Positions 49,502 to 61,379 of a stretch of DNA of 64,000 nt are shown here, one piece after another. A program made the position numbers and the translations under genes. The stretch comes from Squalus acanthias (Eukaryota): contig JASTWF010000048.1 of NCBI GenBank assembly GCA_030390025.1, positions 2,046,001-2,110,000 on the forward strand, read 5' to 3'. Below the pieces are notes generated by a model that saw only the letters and a list, made by a program, of their open reading frames with translations, made no database searches and was not told where the DNA came from. Every line of letters starts with the position of its first letter. Position 1 is the first letter of the stretch.

Positions 49502-50362
49502 AAGAACATAGGAAATAAAGCAGGATTAGGCCATAGGCCCTCGAGCCAGCTCTGCCATTCAATAAGATCATGGCTGATCATCCAACTCAAATTGAATTTC
49601 CTGCCCGATCTCCACATCCATTGATTCCCCTAGAGTACAAAATTCTATCGATCTCATCCTTGAATATACTAAAAAACTCAGCATTCATAGTCCTCTGGGG
49701 TACAAAATTCCAAAGATTCAAAGCCCTCTGTTTGAAGACATTCCTCCTCATCTTGATCTCAAATAGCCTTCCCCTTATCCTGAGACTATGCCCCCTAGTT
49801 CTAGACACTCCAGTCAGGGGAAAATACCTCACAGCATCAACCCTCTCAATACACTCCAGAATCTTGTATGTTTTAATGAGATCACCTCTCATTCTTCTAA
49901 ACTGCAGAAAGTCTGCAGCCATTCTACAAAATCTCTCATTATAGGACAGCCCTCTCATCCCAGGAATCAATCTAGTGAACCTTCGTTTCACTGCCTCCAA
50001 GGCAAGTATATCCTTCCTTAGATAAGGAGACCAAAACTGTGCACAGTACTCCAGGTGTGGTCTCACCAAGGCCCTGTTTAATTGAAGCAAGACTTCCTTA
50101 CACTTATGCTCTAAACCCTTTTCAATAAAGGCCTACATGCCATTTGCCTTCCTTATTGCTTGCTGTACCGGCATGCTAGCTGTCTGTGTTTCTTGCGCGA
50201 GGACACCCAAATCTCTTCTGAACACCAACCTTTGAAAGTTTCTCAAGATTTAAAAATCATTCTGTTTTTCTATTCTTCCTACCAAAGTGAATAACCTCAC
50301 ATTTCCCTACATTATACTCCATCTGCCACATTACTGCCCACTAACTTAGTCTATCTATATCC
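49502..50362 (-). mobile_element. CR1-type LINE 3' fragment, copy-specific insertion
   Basis: ORF 49587-50090 LVRPHLEYCAQFWSPYLRKDILALEAVKRRFTRLIPG; tatgttctta-type tail; absent from paralogs at ~17020 and ~34375. Confidence 0.9.
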
Positions 50363-52666
50363 CTATAATTGGCAAAAGAACGAGCAGGGAGATGAGGAAA
50401 TATAAATTTTATTCTGCAGAGAGTTCTTATAATCTGGAATGCATTGCCTGAAAGGGCAGTGGAAGCAGATTCAATAATAACTTTCAGAAAGGAATTGGAT
50501 ATAAACTTGAAAAATAATTTTTAAAAACAGGGATATGGTGAATGAGCAGGTTAGTGAGACTAAATTTATAGGAGCGACCAAAACTAGGGGTCACAAATAT
50601 AAGATAAACACTAATAAATCAAACCGAGAATTCAGGGGTAATATCCTCACCCAAAGTGTGCTGATATTGTAGAACTTGATTCCACATGGAGTGGTTGAGG
50701 GAAATAGCATAAATGCATTTCAGCGGAATGTAGATAAGTATGTGAGGGAGGAAGGAATAGAAGGATATATTGATGAGGGTAATCGAAGAGGGGTGGGATG
50801 AAGCCGGTGGGTTCTCGTTGGGTAGGCCTTTCAAAGAGGCGGCACAGACTCGATGGGCCGAATGGCCTTCTTCTGGGCTGTAGGATCGCATGCTTGTATA
50901 AGATACGCAACATTGTTGGGACAAAGTGCTCTCCTGTTTCAGGCAGTGCGGGTTTCAGTTCCTTTGCGCGAAACGAGAATTCAAGGGTGAAACTTTTTGC
51001 TTGGCTGAATACGCAGGTTCTTTGAAATAACACGTCAACAGGCACCTAGCGTCTGATAGAGAAGCGGCTAAACGGTTTTCAACAGATGCTGAAACCGCCG
51101 TCATGAGGCAGGTGTCCCGCTGACAAACGTATCTAAAGGCGCATCTCGACTTTGAACAGTGTGAAACTTCAGTGACACGTTTAAGGATTCTAAGATTAAC
51201 AATGTCCTATTGGTATGAGATAGTTCAACTTAGAGCAGTGAAGTTTAAGGGGAAAAATGATAGAGGTGTTCAAAATCATGAAGGTTTTGATAAAGTAATT
51301 AAGGGGAAATAGTCTCCAGTGGCCGCAGGGTCGGTAACCAGAGGAGGCACATAAAAGGTGATTGGCAGAAGAACCAGTGGGGGAGAGGAGGAGAATGTGT
51401 TTAATCTGCGAGTTGTTATGATCTGGAATGCACCGTCTGAAAGGGCGGTGGAAGAAGGTTGATTCGTAACTTTCAAAAGTGAATTTGATAAAATCTTGAG
51501 GGGAAAATTTACAGGGCTATGGGGAAAGAGAAGGGGAGTGGAACTGATCGGACAGCTCTTCCAAAGAGCCGGTACAGGCACAATGGGCAAAATGGAGTCC
51601 ATCTGTGCTCCATCTGTGGTGCATCATTCTAAGGTTCTATGATAATCAGCGCATCTCTGGTCACTTACGCAATCCGACAAATCGGGGAGGCATCTGTACC
51701 CCCTCTGCTGAGGTGATCCTGGGAATTATTCAGAGGAATAATCGGATGGTACGTGTGACTCCTTCCCATATTCCTCCGTCCGCTATTTCAACTCAGTTAC
51801 TAACCCATTGAACCCTCCGCCTCATCTACTTCTTATAATGTAGAGAATATCTTAAAGAAAATGACACCCAAACCATTAATACAGCATTCTTAATAATTAA
51901 TAATCAATTTAATTCATCTAAGGTNNNNNNNNNNNNNNNNNNNNNNNNNNNNNNNNNNNNNNNNNNNNNNNNNNNNNNNNNNNNNNNNNNNNNNNNNNNN
52001 NNNNNNNNNNNNNNNNNNNNNNNNNNNNNNNNNNNNNNNNNNNNNNNNNNNNNNNNNNNNNNNNNNNNNNNNNNNNNNNNNNNNNNNNNNNNNNNNNNNN
52101 NNNNNNNNNNNNNNNNNNNNNNNNNNNNNNNNNNNNNNNNNNNNNNNNNNNNNNNNNNNNNNNNNNNNNNNNNNNNNNNNNNNNNNNNNNNNNNNNNNNN
52201 NNNNNNNNNNNNNNNNNNNNNNNNNNNNNNNNNNNNNNNNNGGACGTACAGTTAGGGCTTAGTTGGTTAAATTAAGAGGTCAGGCTAAGAATCAATTGGA
52301 ACTTTCAAGACCGAGATTGATAGATATTTGTTGGGAAGTGCATCGAGGAATATGGAGCAATGGTGATTACATTGAGTTGAGACACACATCAGCCATGATT
52401 TCATTGAATGGGAAGTCAGGCTCGAGGGTCTGAATGGCCCCGTCTTCTTCCTAGGTAACAGGCTCGACTAGTTACCCGGCCTTCTCCTGTAGCTGTGTAA
52501 CTGGTTCGATTGCCAGATTGCCACTTCCTGCTCCTAGGTAACAGGCAAGAGGAATATATTACCTTTTCCTGTTCCTGTGTAACAGGCACAAGGAAATTGA
52601 ATGGCCTCCTCTTAATCCTGTCTTCGAGCAAAACATATGCAATCAACTGAGTGTTTCGTGTTCCTA

Positions 52667-52684
52667 GAGCGCCCTCTGCTGTCC
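52667..52684 (-). promoter_or_regulatory. Putative CTCF-binding element
   Basis: GGACAGCAGAGGGCGCTC. Confidence 0.6.
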
Positions 52685-53512
52685 CAGTGGAGAAAGAAAA
52701 CACAGTGTTCAGTGTGTAAAATCCACCAGTCTTTGAATTTTAGTTCCTTCTTTATATCTTTCTATCCTTCTTTCTGCCATTCTTTCAGTCTTTCGTTCGT
52801 TCTCTCTCCCTTTTTTTCCTGGTTTTCTTTCTTGATATCTATTACTTTTTTTCTCTCTATCTACATTTCATTTTACCATTCTGCAGTACATCTAACAATC
52901 TATCTTTGCACCTTCTCTGATCCCTTTATATACAATGGTCAAAGTGGGAGGTTTTAAGGAGCGTCTTAAAGGAGGAAAGAGAGGTAGCGAGGCGGACAGG
53001 TTTAGGAAGGGAATTCCAGAGCTTAGGGCCCAGGCAACAGAAGGCACGGCCAACGATGGTTGAGCGACTGTTATCAGGGATGCGAAGCAGGGCAGAATTA
53101 GAGGAGCACAGATATCTCGGGGGCTTTGGGTGCTGAAGGAGATTACTGAGATAGGGAGGGGCGAGGCCATGGAGGGATTTGAAAACAAGTATGAGAATTT
53201 TGAAATCGACGCGCTGCTTACCCGGGAGCCAATCTTGAAGATCTCTATCAGGTCACCCCTCAGCCTTCTCCTTTCGAGAGAAAAGATCCCCAGCCTGTTC
53301 AGCCTTTCATGAAAGTTATAACTTGTCAGTTCTGGTATCATTCTTGTTATTCCTGATTTGCAGCTTCTTCGGTGCCTCGACATCTAATCTCTCATGTTAA
53401 ATCAAACCCGTCTCCTCTTCTTCTCAAAAGCACGTTCGCTCTCCAAAATAATCCAAACAGGGCGTAGCAGCGCGCGGTTTTATTTTAAATAGGTGTTTCC
53501 TGCCGCCTTTCG

Positions 53513-53551
53513 GGTATTTGTTCAGCACCTCCATCTCTCTGAGTCACTGTG
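53513..53551 (-). other. 23-RSS of A18
   Basis: CACAGTG-23-ACAAATACC. Confidence 0.9.
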
Positions 53552-54139
53552 AACACTCCAGGTGCAGTAATACATGGCCGAGTGATTAACCGCAGGCTGG
53601 AGGACTTCAGGTTGAAGATGTTGTCATTCGATCGCTCGGCGGTAAAGCCGTCCACCGTCCCCTCTGCAGTTAGACTTTTTACAGTTAGGGAGATAAACAT
53701 CAACTGCGGCTCCTTCGCTGGATATTGTCAGTAACAGTACATGTTAGGGGAACCTGCTCCCTCCACAGAGCATTTCAGGTCCACTCCATCCCTAGGAATT
53801 CTGGAGACAGCGGCGGGCGTCTGGCGGATAGTCTGTGAGTTTAGGTCTGATAAATAAAGGGAGAAGGTCAGTCAACAGTGANNNNNNNNNNNNNNNNNNN
53901 NNNNNNNNNNNNNNNNNNNNNNNNNNNNNNNNNNNNNNNNNNNNNNNNNNNNNNNNNNNNNNNNNNNNNNNNNNNNNNNNNNNNNNNNNNNNNNNNNNNN
54001 NNNNNNNNNNNNNNNNNNNNNNNNNNNNNNNNNNNNNNNNNNNNNNNNCAACACGTAAAGAAGGGCTATTGACAAGAATGATTTTTTTATATAATCCCTT
54101 ACGGTGAAACAAGATAATTATACCCAGTAACAGCTACAA
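53552..54139 (-). pseudogene. TRBV: TCR beta V family A pseudogene (A18)
   Basis: Leader begins TTG TAG; MYCY* in FR2; 1-nt frameshift in FR3; V exon 53552-53846. Confidence 0.9.
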
Positions 54140-55686
54140 CTTTTATTCATGCTTTTCCCTCAATAATGAAAGGAGCGGGAAGAGGAGAGTTGTTTCTTGT
54201 GATGATCCAACCAACTATGTTCAAATCATTGAGGAAAACATGAACAGCATTATGACAGCCCCGACTAATCCGCTCTGACTCACAGCCCCACCGCTCCCTC
54301 TCTGATTGGCAGCCCAGCTACTCCATCTCTGATTGACATTAATTTAAGCAGATGGGTACTGGAATTTACAAAGCGGACATAGTCAGATTAAATGAATGAA
54401 CAAAACAGAGATAGCTGAAGGTTAATGTGGGCATGGGTGAGGTCATCCACTGTGACCCAAAGAAAGATAGTGTCGATTATTTTCTAAATGATGAGAAGCT
54501 GGGAACTGTAGAGGTGCAAAGGGATTTAGCTGTCGAGCTAGACAAATCACTAAGAGCCAGCAGGCAGGTACCAAAATCAAAAAGGCTAATAAAATGTTGG
54601 CCTTTATCTCAAGGGTGCTGGAATACAGAGGAAAGAAAGTTATACTTCAGTTGTATAGAGTCCTGGTCAGACTCCATCTGGAACAGGTCGTTCAGTTCTG
54701 AGTAAAACTCTTCAGGAAGGATATATTGGTCTTGGAGGGAGTGCAGCGAAGATTCAACAGAATGATACCGGGGCTTGGAGGGTTAATGTATGATGACAGA
54801 TTGGATAGACTAGGCTTGTATTCCATTGGGTACAGAAGATTGAGCAGTGATCCTACTGAGGTGTTTAAAATGATAAAAGTATTGGAGACTGTAGATAGAG
54901 AGAATATATTCCCTCTGGTGAGGGGCAGCCCAGAACTGGGGGCCATCAACTGAGCATTAAAGCGAGGCCGATCAAGGGTCATATCTGGAGGCACCTCTTG
55001 ACCTAAAGGGTAGTGGACATCTGGAATTCTCTCTCCCATTTGGCTGCTGAGGCTAGAGGTCAATCGGGTATTTCAAAACTTACATTTTTGTTAGGTAAGT
55101 GTTACGGAACCAGCTGGAGTTATGGTTCCTCTTCTGATCACACACTTTCGGAAGCATATCAAGGACTTCGACAGGGTGAAGAGGAGAATTACAAAATAGT
55201 ACTGGGGACGAGGGTTTCCAGTCACATTGAGAGACTAGAGAAGATGGGAGTGTTCTCCTTCGGGCGGAGACGTTTAAGGGGCGATTTAATGGAAGTGTTC
55301 AAAATCATGAAGGGTTTTGATAGAGTAAATAACGAGAAACTACATCCAGTGACAGAAGCGTCTGTAACCAGTGGGAACATATTTAAGGACCAGATAGGGA
55401 GATGATGAGTTTTTTTTATTGTAGAACGAGTTGTTATGGTTTGGAATGCACTGCCCGAATAGGTGGAGGAAGCAGATTCAATAATACGTTTCCAAAAGGA
55501 ATTGGATACACACTTCAAGCGGGACGTTTACTGGGCTATGGGGCAAAGGCACGGGAATAGGACTAATTGGATAGCTCTTTGAAAAGACCAGTATAGGTAT
55601 GTGGGGCCGAATGCATGCCTTCCGTGCTGTATCATTCTATGATTCTATGACCTGGTGGCAGAATATTTGCTCGAAATAAAATCTAG

Positions 55687-55705
55687 TGCTGCCACCTGGT
55701 GGTGG
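55687..55705 (-). promoter_or_regulatory. Putative RSS-proximal CTCF element (B19)
   Basis: CCACCACCAGGTGGCAGCA. Confidence 0.7.
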
Positions 55706-55739
55706 AAAATGAGCAGTGAACTCCCATTCATCCGTTGCA

Positions 55740-55778
55740 GGTTTTTGTCGCTGGGGAGCCGCTTTCTCAAACGCTGTG
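55740..55778 (-). other. 23-RSS of B19
   Basis: CACAGCG-23-ACAAAAACC. Confidence 0.95.
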
Positions 55779-56699
55779 CGATACTACAAGCACAGTAATA
55801 GACAGCGGTGTGAGACGGAGAGGAGGCGCTCAGTTCCAAAGTAAACAGCGTAGTGCTAATTCTTTCGGCCTTAAAAGTCTCGGTCGTGTACTTCGTAACA
55901 TCACCTGCTACAGTAGAATAGAAAAGAGCTTCTAATGCCCGGTCGGGTTCTTGTCTGTACCAGTACATTTGGAAATAAGCAGTATTCCTCAGCGTGCATC
56001 TGAGCGTGGTCGACTCTCCTGCTCCAATCGATAGGACAGAAGGCAACTGCTCTGCGTACGAGGCGAGTATTCCTGTCGAATGCAACATCGATTAATTTCT
56101 TATTTTTTTCAATAATTGATTTGAGCACGGACAGCAATGAAAAAGAACTTCCATTCATAAAGCGCTTTCACGAACTCAAAAATTCACAAAGCTCTTTACA
56201 GCCAATGAAGTGCTGATTAAATTGTCGTCATTGTTGTAATGTCGGAAAGGAGACAGCCAATTTCAGCACAGCAAGCTCCCACATACTGCATTGAAATAAA
56301 TGACCAGTACATCTAATTTTTGGTGTTTGCTGTGGGATTAATGTTGGCCCAGGACACCGGCGACAACTACGCTGCTCTTCTTCTAATAGTGCCCTGGGAT
56401 CATATACGTCCACCTGAGAGGGCAGCTCGGTTTACTGCCTTATCTGAAAGATGGCACCTCCGATAGTGCAGCACTTCCTCAGTGCTGGTCTCGGGAGTGT
56501 CAGCATAGATTTTGTGCTCAACTCTCAGGAGTAAGACTCCAACCCAAAACCTATGATTCCGAGGCAAGGTTTCGAACAGCTGAACAACAACTGACATTAT
56601 AATACATTATTCTACAAGGATCTCTGCATAAGTTTGTTACTTTGACTTACGTGGGATCATTGTCATCATCAATGTTAGATAATAAAATTCATGAAACAT
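55779..56699 (-). CDS. TRBV: TCR beta V segment family B (B19), apparently functional; exons 56651-56699 and 55779-56072
   Basis: Leader MFHEFYYLTLMMTMIP; V ..LRCTLRNTAYFQMYWYRQ..YYCACSI. Confidence 0.88.
56143..56595 (-). mobile_element. Deu-domain SINE in B19 intron
   Basis: Paralog of 16158-16603. Confidence 0.75.
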
Positions 56700-58315
56700 G
56701 ATTTATTCATTCCACAATGGCTCACTGTGCGAACTAGTGCAGCTCCAAACCACGTTTAAAATGCGATTTGTCAACTGGATCTGATTAAATACGAAGCATC
56801 CGGTTGTAATTGTCACTCTTACGCAACTTCCTGTGCAAGTCACGCCCCATCCCATTCCTTCCCTAGTTTCGTAACTTCATAGAACCATACAGCACAGAAC
56901 GTAAAGGAAAGGACAAATAGAGGTGATAAATATTAAACATTACGAATGGTTTCGATAGAGTTGATAGGGAGAATCTAAATCCACTGGCAGGAGAGTCGTT
57001 AACCAGAGGGCACAGATTTAAGATAATAGGCAAAAGGACCAGCGGGGAGATGAGGAGACGTAAATTTTATTGCAGAGTGTTGTCATGATCTGGAATGCAT
57101 TGCTTGAAATGGCGATGGAAGCAGATTCAATAATTACTTCTTCAAGGGAATTGGATATAAACTTGATATGGAAAAAAACAAGACTATGGGGAAACAGCAG
57201 GGGAGTGGGACTAAATTGATAATCGGGACCATAACTAGGGGCTTATAGGATATACACTAATATATGCAAGAGGGAATTCAGGAGTACCCTCGTTACACAA
57301 AGTGTGGTGAGAATCTGAAACTTGCTACCGCATGGAATGGTTGTGTCGAATAGCATAGTTGCATTTAAGTGGAAGCTATATAATTACATGAGAGAGAAAG
57401 GAATTGAAGGATATGCTAATGGGCGTACTTGAAGAGGAGTAGGACGATGCCGGTGGGGGTCAAATTGGATAGGTCTTTCAAAGAGCCGCATCAGACCAGT
57501 CGGTCCGAATGGCCTACTTCAGTGCTGTAGGATTCTATGATTCTTGGAAAAATAGAACGTTGCTGGGAAAAATGCTCTCCTGTTTCAGGCAGTGCAGGTT
57601 TGAGTTCCGATGTGCTGAGCGAGAATTCAAGGGTTAAATTCTTTGCTGAGCTGAATTCGCAGATTCTTTGAAAAACACATCAAAAGCCATCTAGAGTCTG
57701 ATAGAGAAGCGGGTAAACGGTTTTCAACAGATTCTGAAACCGCCGTCATGCGGCAGGTGTCCCGGAGACAAACATATCTGAAGATGCGTCTCGTCTTCGC
57801 ACAGTGTGAACCATCGGTGAGAATTGCAAGGGTTCTAATATTAAGTATTTCCTAATTGTATGGGGTGTTCTCCATAGAGCAAAGAATGTAAGGCGGAGCT
57901 TTACCAGAATGATAGCAGGAGTGAGCGACTCCACTTTGCTGCAGAGACTGGAGAAGCTGGTGTTGTTCTGTCTACAGCACGCAAACTGGTTCTTAAATGA
58001 CGATAATATCTTAAAAGAATGACATTCAGTACGTTGATAAATTACATTTTTAATTAATTAAAAGCAATTTGTAATCTACNNNNNNNNNNNNNNNNNNNNN
58101 NNNNNNNNNNNNNNNNNNNNNNNNNNNNNNNNNNNNNNNNNNNNNNNNNNNNNNNNNNNNNNNNNNNNNNNNNNNNNNNNNNNNNNNNNNNNNNNNNNNN
58201 NNNNNNNNNNNNNNNNNNNNNNNNNNNNNNNNNNNNNNNNNNNNNNNNNNNNNNNNNNNNNNNGTCTATCTAAATATGATTAGAACTAGTTGGGGGTTGG
58301 TGTCTGAGACGGGTG

Positions 58316-58354
58316 GGTTTTTGTAGCACGGTTCAATCTGAGTGTATCTCTGTG
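58316..58354 (-). other. 23-RSS of C20
   Basis: CACAGAG-23-ACAAAAACC. Confidence 0.93.
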
Positions 58355-59506
58355 CATCACTGCAGGCGCAAAAATACCGCACCGTGTCGTTCGGCCGCAC
58401 CACCGATATCTTCAGATCGAAGGAGTTATCTGCAGTTTTCTTGGCCCAAAATCTCTCCGTGATTCCCTCCGACCTGGTCGGGTCACCTTCATTCACCGCA
58501 TACAAGAGATCCTGGAGTCCCAGGCCCGGGAGCTGACGGTACCAGTACATATAAGTATCAGTGCCGCGTTGGGAACACGGGATAGTCACAGACTCGCCCT
58601 CTATCACCGACACATACTCCCGGGACTGCACCATCTTCTGAGACCCGCCAACACCTGGAAGGAAAACAGAAGTGAACAGCAAAGAGAGACAGTTATTTCC
58701 CCCGAAATTAGACCCACTAACCTGTTTAATTATTAGTTGTTATTTGACTGATTTACCCCTTTCCCTCGCACTCTTGTTTTTCATTTCAATCGATGTATTT
58801 TCTGTATTTTCACATAAATCTAATTGAGCTGACCAAAGGATTGGATAGGCTAGATAGGGCGAAATGATTTCCCCTGTCTACCCTATCACCGCCCTGTTCC
58901 GAAGCTCCTTAACAGACACAATCTACCGGCTCTACCGCGCGACCTTCTGGTTTAAGTCGATTTGGCAAAACAAGATTTATCGTCAAAAGCCGCAGGCACT
59001 TGTAATTAGACAGGAGCCAGTAGGTTTAGTGGAGCTCTCCTTATAATATAGATTGGCGTGGAAATGTCACTCACTGGTTCAACTATTACAGAAAAATCCC
59101 TGTTAACTAAATGTCCCTCCCGCCCTAATTTAACACAATTTATCACCTTTATGTGTCACTAAAGAGATATAGTCTACTTGCTCCAACGAACCTGTTCTCT
59201 TCCTTTCCTTTGGTCTTTCTTTCGTTTTAGCTATTTTCTTTCTGTCATTCTTTTTTCTTTCTTTCTGTCTTTCTTTCCATCTTTCCTTCGTTCTATCATT
59301 CTTTCTTTCTATCTTTCTCTCTATCTTTTAATCTCATCCATCCATTCATTCTTTCTCTTTTTGTTGAAAATTAAAAGTTGTTTTGTAGGCTCTGTAATAG
59401 ATTCCTACTCCAAAAGCTGAAACCCTCTATGTGACACCGGGCTCTCGCTTTACTTACCCGCCAAAAGGAACAGCGAGAACGTGCAGGACAGGAGGCAAGT
59501 CCGCAT
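58355..59506 (-). CDS. TRBV: TCR beta V segment family C (C20), apparently functional; exons 59458-59506 and 58355-58654
   Basis: Leader MRTCLLSCTFSLFLLA; V GVGGSQKMVQSRE..IPCSQRGTDTYMYWYRQ..YFCACSD. Confidence 0.88.
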
Positions 59507-60871
59507 GGTCCGGGACAGAGCGTTTGAGACCGGGAGCCCCTCGACCACGAAGCTGTCCAGAGACTGGAGCAATGACACTGTTGTGTGCAAGGCCCGAACT
59601 GTCGCGTGTAAACGGCAACGTTCTCTATCATTCATAAGAAAACATTGAACATACAATGCACCGCCCCGCCCTCTATGACTAGCAGCCCCGCCCGTCACTC
59701 GATGATTGATAGCACCGTCCGCCCTCTATATTTGACTGCCGCGTCATATTTCCCTGATTGACAGCCACCCCACCGTCTCCAATGAAAAGACCGGCCCCTC
59801 GCGCTCTGATTGGCAGGAAGTGGAACAGATGGGATCCGAGCGTTGCAAAGGGGACATCGACATTAGTTGAGCGGGCAAAACAGTGCAAGAAGGAACAGTG
59901 GAAGAAGTGGGGAATTGCGAATTCATCCACTTGGGATCGAAGAAAGATAGATCAGAGCATTTTCCAAATGGTGTTAAGCTAGGAATTGCGGAGGAGCAAC
60001 GGGATTTAAGTGCCCAGGTAAACAATTCACTAAATGCCGGTAGACAGGGAAAAAAGGAATCAAAAGGCTAAAGGGATGTTGTCCTTTATCTCAAAGGGTC
60101 TGGAATACAAAGGGCAGGAGGTTATTCTTCTATCATTTAGAGACTTGGTCAGACCCCATCTGGAGTACTGAGTTCAATTCTGGGTACCGCACCTCAGGAA
60201 TGATATATTAGACTTGGAGGGGATGCAGCGCAGATTCACCAGACTGATACCCGGGACTGAGGGGATACAATTATGAGGAAGGATTGCAAAACTTGGCCTA
60301 TATTACCTTGAGAAGAGAAGATTCAGTGCCGAACTAATTGAGATTTTTAAATGTTAAATCAAGTTGATAGTTTATATAGAGAGAAACTATTTCCTCTGGT
60401 GGGGGAGTCCAGGACAGGGGGAGCGTAACCTTAAAGTTAGAGTTAGGTCTTTCAGGCATTGTGTCAAAAACACCTCTTCACAGGTTGGTCGTGGAAATGT
60501 CGAACTCTCTCCTCCAAGAGTCTGTTCAGGCTAAGGGTCAATTGGAGCTTTCAGGACTGTGATTGATAGATATTTATTGGGTAAGTGTATCGAAATTCAT
60601 GGGGACAAAAGCGGTTAGATAGAATGAAGATACTCATCAACCATGATCTTATTGGCTGGCATAGCAGTGTCGCGGGGCTGAATGGCCTCCTCCTGTTCCT
60701 GTGTAACAGGCTCCTGTGGCTGAATGGCCTCTTCCTGTTCCTGTGTATACGGTCGCGAGGATGCTTAATCGCCTTTTCCTGTTCCTATGTAACAGGCTCA
60801 AGGGGACTGGATGACCTCCTTCTATTCCATATTAAACCATGTTACAAGCAAACGTGTGGGTCATGGTCCTA

Positions 60872-60888
60872 GAGCGCCCTCTTCAGTC
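60872..60888 (-). promoter_or_regulatory. Putative CTCF-binding element (weaker)
   Basis: GACTGAAGAGGGCGCTC. Confidence 0.5.
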
Positions 60889-61340
60889 TCTGTGGAGAAA
60901 GAAAACACATTGTCAGTGTGTAAAATCTCGACAGTCTTTTTACTTCATTTCCAAATGTTTAACTTTCTTTTTTTCTTTCTGTGTATCTTTCTTTCTTTCT
61001 TTCTGTCTATCTTTCTTCCTTTCTTTCTGAATGTCTTTCTTTCTATCTTTCTTTCTTTTCGGACTTGTTTCTTTCTTCATATCATTCTTTCTTGCTGTCT
61101 TTCTGTCCTTTTTCGTTCACCCTCTCCTTCTTTCCTTCTTTCTTTCTATCTTCCTTTCTATCTTCCTTGCGTTCTTCACTACATCTTTGCAGCTTCTCCA
61201 GAACCTTTTTTAAATGTAATTTCTCACATTTTTTCAAACCCTTTCCTTCTTGTCAAAAAACATTCGCTCTGCAAATTAAACCCAACAGGATGCGGCACCG
61301 CGCTGTTTCATCATCAACAGGTGTTGTCTGCAGCCTTTGG

Positions 61341-61379
61341 GGTTTTTGTTGAGCTCCTCCATCTCTCTGAGTCACTGTG
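61341..61379 (-). other. 23-RSS of A21
   Basis: CACAGTG-23-ACAAAAACC. Confidence 0.97.
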
